This document shows, in pieces, positions 59,078 to 64,000 of a stretch of DNA of 64,000 nucleotides; the stretch's first letter is position 1, and every line of letters begins with the position of its first letter. The notes beneath the pieces are model-generated. The model had not been told where the DNA came from. It searched no databases and saw nothing but the letters and a program-made list of their open reading frames with translations. Made by a program: the position numbers and the translations under genes. Source of the stretch: Gekko japonicus (Eukaryota); the NCBI RefSeq assembly GCF_001447785.1, contig NW_015163194.1:1-64000 (forward strand). The letters run 5' to 3'.

Positions 59078-61411
59078 AAAGACTGAGCACTTATTCAAAA
59101 TAGACTTAAAGGAGTCCTCCCTCTTAAAACTTTTGTATAATTAAGGAGGACTGATATTAGTAAAGGGGTTGTGCAATGTCTTTTGTGATATATTAAGAGA
59201 CGATACTTAGATGTTTTGATATATGATTCTTTCTATGTATTAAGGCTTATAGGATAAATAATATATGGTGAATAAATTGTAAAAATATAAAACAAAAAAA
59301 TATATAAAAATTATTTGNNNNNNNNNNNNNNNNNNNNNNNNNNNNNNNNNNNNNNNNNNNNNNNNNNNNNNNNNNNNNNNNNNNNNNNNNNNNNNNNNNN
59401 NNNNNNNNNNNNNNNNNNNNNNNNNNNNNNNNNNNNNNNNNNNNNNNNNNNNNNNNNNNNNNNNNNNNNNNNNNNNNNNNNNNNNNNNNNNNNNNNNNNN
59501 NNNNNNNNNNNNNNNNNNNNNNNNNNNNNNNNNNNNNNNNNNNNNNNNNNNNNNNNNNNNNNNNNNNNNNNNNNNNNNNNNNNNNNNNNNNNNNNNNNNN
59601 NNNNNNNNNNNNNNNCCAGTGGGGCCAGGGCACTAGAAGCCCGCCCACTGTTTTTCCCCCAAGCACCAAAAACTCTAATCTTTTAATTTCCCCTTCTTAA
59701 TTGCCCACCCAGACAGCAGAAGTAGATACAGATAACCTGTCCCGTGCTTATTTTCCTCTTGCAGAGCTAATAGCAGTTTGGAGAAGGTTACTGAAATCAG
59801 GCAAATAGTATCAGGAGGAAAAGAGAATCCGTCCTGCCTGCGCACTGCTGCTCTGACGCCTCCTGCAGCTTCTCTCCACAAGAGTTGGAATATTCAGTTT
59901 CACATCCGTTGAAAAAGGTGTGCTTTATTCCTAGTAGGAAACTCCTAAGGCTTCAAAAGTTATCAGCCTCAGCGGGACAGATACAGAGTTGAAGACTCAC
60001 CTTCTGTTCCCAATCCGACCAAGCTCATTCTTCAGTTGTTAGGCAGCATTGGTCTGTCCTCAGATGTCCTGCAAGTTTGTCGGTCTCTTGAGATTGCACT
60101 GCAAGGATGAGGAGAGATGCCCGAGATGAAAGTTAGTGCCAAGGAAGAGGGAAATAGGAAGAAAAAAGAGAAAACGTGGACAAAAAAAACAAATCTCCTG
60201 TCTCTTTGTGGGGAGAGTGCTGATGGTTGACATATTGTGAGCACTCGGCAAGCAGTGAATTAACCTGCATTCATAAGAAATGCAGAAACTGGAACAAATG
60301 CACTCATACAGAAATACAGCCTCCACACTCCCATCCTATAAGTATGGAACTGATTAGGTCTTGAGGAGGGGCTGTGGCTCAGTGGTAGAGCATCTGCTTG
60401 GCATGCAGGAGGTCCCAGGTTCAATCCCCAGCTTCTCCAGTTAAAAGATCTGGCGGTAGGTGATGTGAAAGTCCTCTGCCTGGAACCCTGGAGATCCACT
60501 GCCAGTCTAAGTAGACAAGACTGGCTTTCATGGACCCAGAATGTGATTCAGTATAAGGCAGCTTCCTTAGATCAAGTCTTTTTTTCTCTCTGTAGGCAGC
60601 TCGATGCGTCTGGGGACCTCAGAAGCAGAGAATGAAGGCGGGGCTCTCCTGGAATGCAGTCTCAAAATATCTTACAAAATCTCCCTCTCTCTTCAAGGCA
60701 TGCAAACCCACAGTTCTTGTTGCAACCCCTACCTCAAAGACCATCTTCATTCAGGGTGCCAGGTCAACCTCAAAAGCTATTTTTGGAGAGGCTGGTGGCA
60801 AATCTTACCCTTCTCTGCTTGCAATGGTGGAAATCCCAGCAGTCTCTTTGGTAAGGGAGTGGGTTCTATTTTCGCACTTTACTGTGAATCCTGGAATATT
60901 TTATTGGCTTGTCACTGAGCCTTAGGGGAAAAGGGAGTCACAGAAGCTGTTTCCAGATCCCCATTCAGATAATTATTGCCTCCTGCTCAGAATGGAAAAT
61001 GTGGATAAGGGGATACAGTCTGGAGAGACTCAACAGAAGTTCCACAAATGTACATAGTAGAGCTGATTTGCCTGATATCTCCATAAAGAGTTTGAGTATG
61101 GATGTCCACCAACCTCAGTTTTGGAGGTTTTGCTTAATGATATTCCGAGGCACTACCCTTGTGCTACCCCATACCAGAGGTCCCAGTCTCAATCTCCTTA
61201 GAGTGGGCACATTTTGGAAACGTTTTCATCCCTCTTCCCCCATTGGATTGCAGTTGGTTGGGAGTTGTGGGGGAGAAGCATCCGAGAGCCAGTTTGATGT
61301 AGTGGTTAAGAGCAGCGGACTGTAATCTGGAGAACCAGATTTGATTCCCCACTTCTCCACATGCAGCCAGCTGGGTGACCTTGGGTCAGTCACAAGTTCT
61401 CTCAGAGCTGT

Positions 61412-62067
61412 TCTCTCCAACATTGAGGGGAATGAGAGGACGTAATTTTTAAAAGCTTTTCTGGTGTGAGGTACCACCTGGTGATGATCTTGTATGTCTG
61501 TAATTTTGTTGATACGACTGGCGAGTTCATTAACTTGGAGGTCCAGATTTGTGACCGTTGTTGTTCTGTGATGTTATTCTCACAATCTTGTTGCCACTTG
61601 TGCTGGTGTCTCTTTATTTCCACCTTGGTGGATCAAAATGTCATATGTTGCCGTGATCAATCCTTTGGAATTTTTGTTGTCTGTTCCAATGAGGTTTTCA
61701 TTTTGTTGTCTTTTCCAATGAGAGGTTCTTTTATTATTGCCGATATACCAAGATGTTGAATCATGTGATTTAGTTGGAGATAGAGATGTCCTCTCATTTC
61801 CCTCAATGTTGGAAAAGATGTGGAGAAGTGGGAACATTTACCCACTGTTTGTGGCAGTGTAGAAGCATCAGATCTTTCTGGCAAGACGTTCTAAACCAAA
61901 TAAAACTAATCACAGGTTACGAAGTACCATTCGACCCAACTCTAATCTTTTTGGGCATCTGGAAAGCAAAAAATATACCAATGTTCAGTCGTGAATTGAT
62001 CACTAGGCTCATAGTGGCTGCTAAAACATCTATAGCCTCTAAATGGAAATCAGACAAGACTCCAACA
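61412..62067. mobile_element. L1 3' fragment with 5' inversion (twin-priming structure)
   Basis: Minus-strand ORF2 piece (YKIITRWYLTP..SSHSPQCW) at 61412..~61785 abuts a plus-strand piece (SSHFPQCWKRCGEVGTFTHCLWQC) from ~61787. About 30 bp are duplicated at the inversion point. Confidence 0.85.
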
Positions 62068-62603
62068 NNNNNNNNNNNNNNNNNNNNNNNNNNNNNNNNN
62101 NNNNNNNNNNNNNNNNNNNNNNNNNNNNNNNNNNNNNNNNNNNNNNNNNNNNNNNNNNNNNNNNNNNNNNNNNNNNNNNNNNNNNNNNNNNNNNNNNNNN
62201 NNNNNNNNNNNNNNNNNNNNNNNNNNNNNNNNNNNNNNNNNNNNNNNNNNNNNNNNNNNNNNNNNNNNNNNNNNNNNNNNNNNNNNNNNNNNNNNNNNNN
62301 NNNNNNNNNNNNNNNNNNNNNNNNNNNNNNNNNNNNNNNNNNNNNNNNNNNNNNNNNNNNNNNNNNNNNNNNNNNNNNNNNNNNNNNNNNNNNNNNNNNN
62401 NNNNNNNNNNNNNNNNNNNNNNNNNNNNNNNNNNNNNNNNNNNNNNNNNNNNNNNNNNNNNNNNNNNNNNNNNNNNNNNNNNNNNNNNNNNNNNNNNNNN
62501 NNNNNNNNNNNNNNNNNNNNNNNNNNNNNNNNNNNNNNNNNNNNNNNNNNNNNNNNNNNNNNNNNNNNNNNNNNNNNNNNNNNNNNNNNNNNNNNNNNNN
62601 NNN

Positions 62604-62870
62604 CTCCACTTGCACCTGCTGATGTGACCTTGGGTCAGTCACAAGCTCTGGCACAGCTGTTCCTGAAAGAGCAGTTTGTGTCAGGGTTCTCTCAGCCCCA
62701 CCTACCTCACAGGGTGTCTGTTGTGGGGAGGGGAAGGGAAAGGAGTTTGTAAGCCGCCCTGAGACTCCAAATGAAGGGCAGGGTATAAATCCAGTCTCTC
62801 CTCTCCTCTCCTCTCCTCTCCTCTCCTCTCCTTCTCCTTCTCCTTCTCCTTCTCCTTCTCCTCCTCCTGC
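62604..62870 (+). mobile_element. MIR/Ther1-derived SINE (Squam3-like) with (CTCTC)n/(CTCCTT)n tail; other copies at ~4645-4825, 5373-5490, 19515-19750, 22453-22580, 46850-47250, 61284-61415
   Basis: Core gtgaccttgggtcagtcac and cctacctcacagggtgtctgttgtgg, followed by a microsatellite tail. Confidence 0.72.
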
Positions 62871-63394
62871 TAGACCAGTGGGGCTATATTCCTTGGCCAT
62901 GTTCCAGTTGTCTGTAGTTGATGAGTTTGGACAGGATGTGAATAATGTTGCATAAACTCTGAGTAGTCAGAGGGGCATTTTGATGTTCCTCCTCATCCCA
63001 TTTTACCCCATCTAGTTTATGCCTAACTGTTTTTAATGAAACCTGGACTGGGACAATTGCTGATGCTTTTCACTAGTAGGCACTGAAGCTTCCATTCTAG
63101 TGCCGCACGAACCCAGTAGCCTGGGCAACGAGGGTGCATTCCCTCTTCTTCTCCTTCACTGAGAATGAGGGGAATGGGAGGAGTTCAGTTACTTTCACTG
63201 ATATTGTCACACATCCAGATGTGATTTGTTCCATGACGCTGTCATGTTCTATTTCAGTAAGGACAAAAAAGGGGGGGGAAAGACTGAACCTAAAACCTAG
63301 AATTTGGAACCTATAAAGGTTAGTCAAGAATAGAAGAGGGCCAACTCTTAAAATCCAATTATGAAACCTAAAAAATATACATGCATTTATTAAA

Positions 63395-63738
63395 GGTAAA
63401 GGTTTCCCTTGCTCGAAAGCCAGTCGAGTCCGACTCTAGGGTTGCGGTGCTCCTCTCCGTTTCAAAGCCGAAGAGCCAGCGCTGTTCGAAGACGTCTCCT
63501 TGTTCATGTAGCCGGCATGACTAAACACCAAGGTGCACGGAACGCTGTTCCCTTCCCACCGAAGTGGTACCTATTTATCTACTTGCACTTTCTTGCTTTC
63601 GAACTGCTAGGTTGGCAGGAGCTGGAACTAGAGACGGGAGCTCACTCCATCATGCGGCACCTGGGTCTCGAACTGCTGAACTACCGACCTTCCACAGCCT
63701 GCAGTTCAGCGTCTTAACCACTTGAGCCGCCGCAGCTC
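63395..63738 (-). mobile_element. Sauria SINE
   Basis: Same family; TSD tgcatttattaaa/tgtatttattaaa. Confidence 0.85.
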
Positions 63739-64000
63739 CATGTATTTATTAAACACAAATTAAAATAATGAATAAGAGGATTAAGGATTAGGAAACAACC
63801 GGGCATGTTCCCAGACAACTCAGAGTTTAAAGAAAAATGGTATGCCATCATGAAGAAGTGCTCCTACGATTTGATGGCTCTTTTAATTGAAACAGCCAAG
63901 ACGAAGAGTTTTAAATTGGAGCAAGAATTGGAAATTTTGAGAACAGATATTAATAAAACTCTGGAGGAGAAACCTTTTTCTGAAAAACTGTCCAAGTTAG
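63739..64000 (+). mobile_element. Penelope-like element ORF N-terminal region (continues past the window end; probably begins before the SINE at ~63100)
   Basis: Translation RGLRIRKQPGMFPDNSEFKEKWYAIMKKCSYDLMALLIE resembles the N-terminal domain of Penelope-like ORFs. Confidence 0.6.

Noticed and set aside
1-64000. Specific OR gene symbols and species name
   Set aside because: One-to-one orthology to mammalian OR names and species identity cannot be established without phylogeny or a database search.

Overview
Eukaryotic (vertebrate) DNA, very likely a squamate reptile and probably a gecko, judged from Sauria/Squam-type SINEs, CR1, L2, L1, Penelope and a SPIN MITE. It is a draft assembly with several N gaps. 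The window is part of an olfactory receptor (OR) cluster with eight loci, all on the minus strand. Seven are OR11-like: six intact ORFs, one of them with an in-frame 8-aa duplication, plus one frameshifted pseudogene. The eighth is an OR4-like locus with a 297-bp internal repeat that keeps the ORF open. The genes lie in tandemly duplicated units packed with transposable elements, including a near full-length, disrupted ~6-kb L1. Main observations: (i) two intact ORs only 295 bp apart, where the downstream copy has no promoter or first exon of its own (possible dicistronic or alternatively spliced OR pair); (ii) an OR4-like ORF that looks like a fusion of two paralogs rescued by compensating frameshifts; (iii) a promoter module (homeodomain plus O/E-EBF sites) and a splice donor conserved upstream of six OR11-like genes; (iv) several hammerhead-ribozyme motifs in Penelope-like remnants; (v) evidence of gene conversion and templated insertion. 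No prokaryotic features or CRISPR arrays were found. All counts were made by eye. TE and OR family names come from recalled consensus motifs, not database searches.
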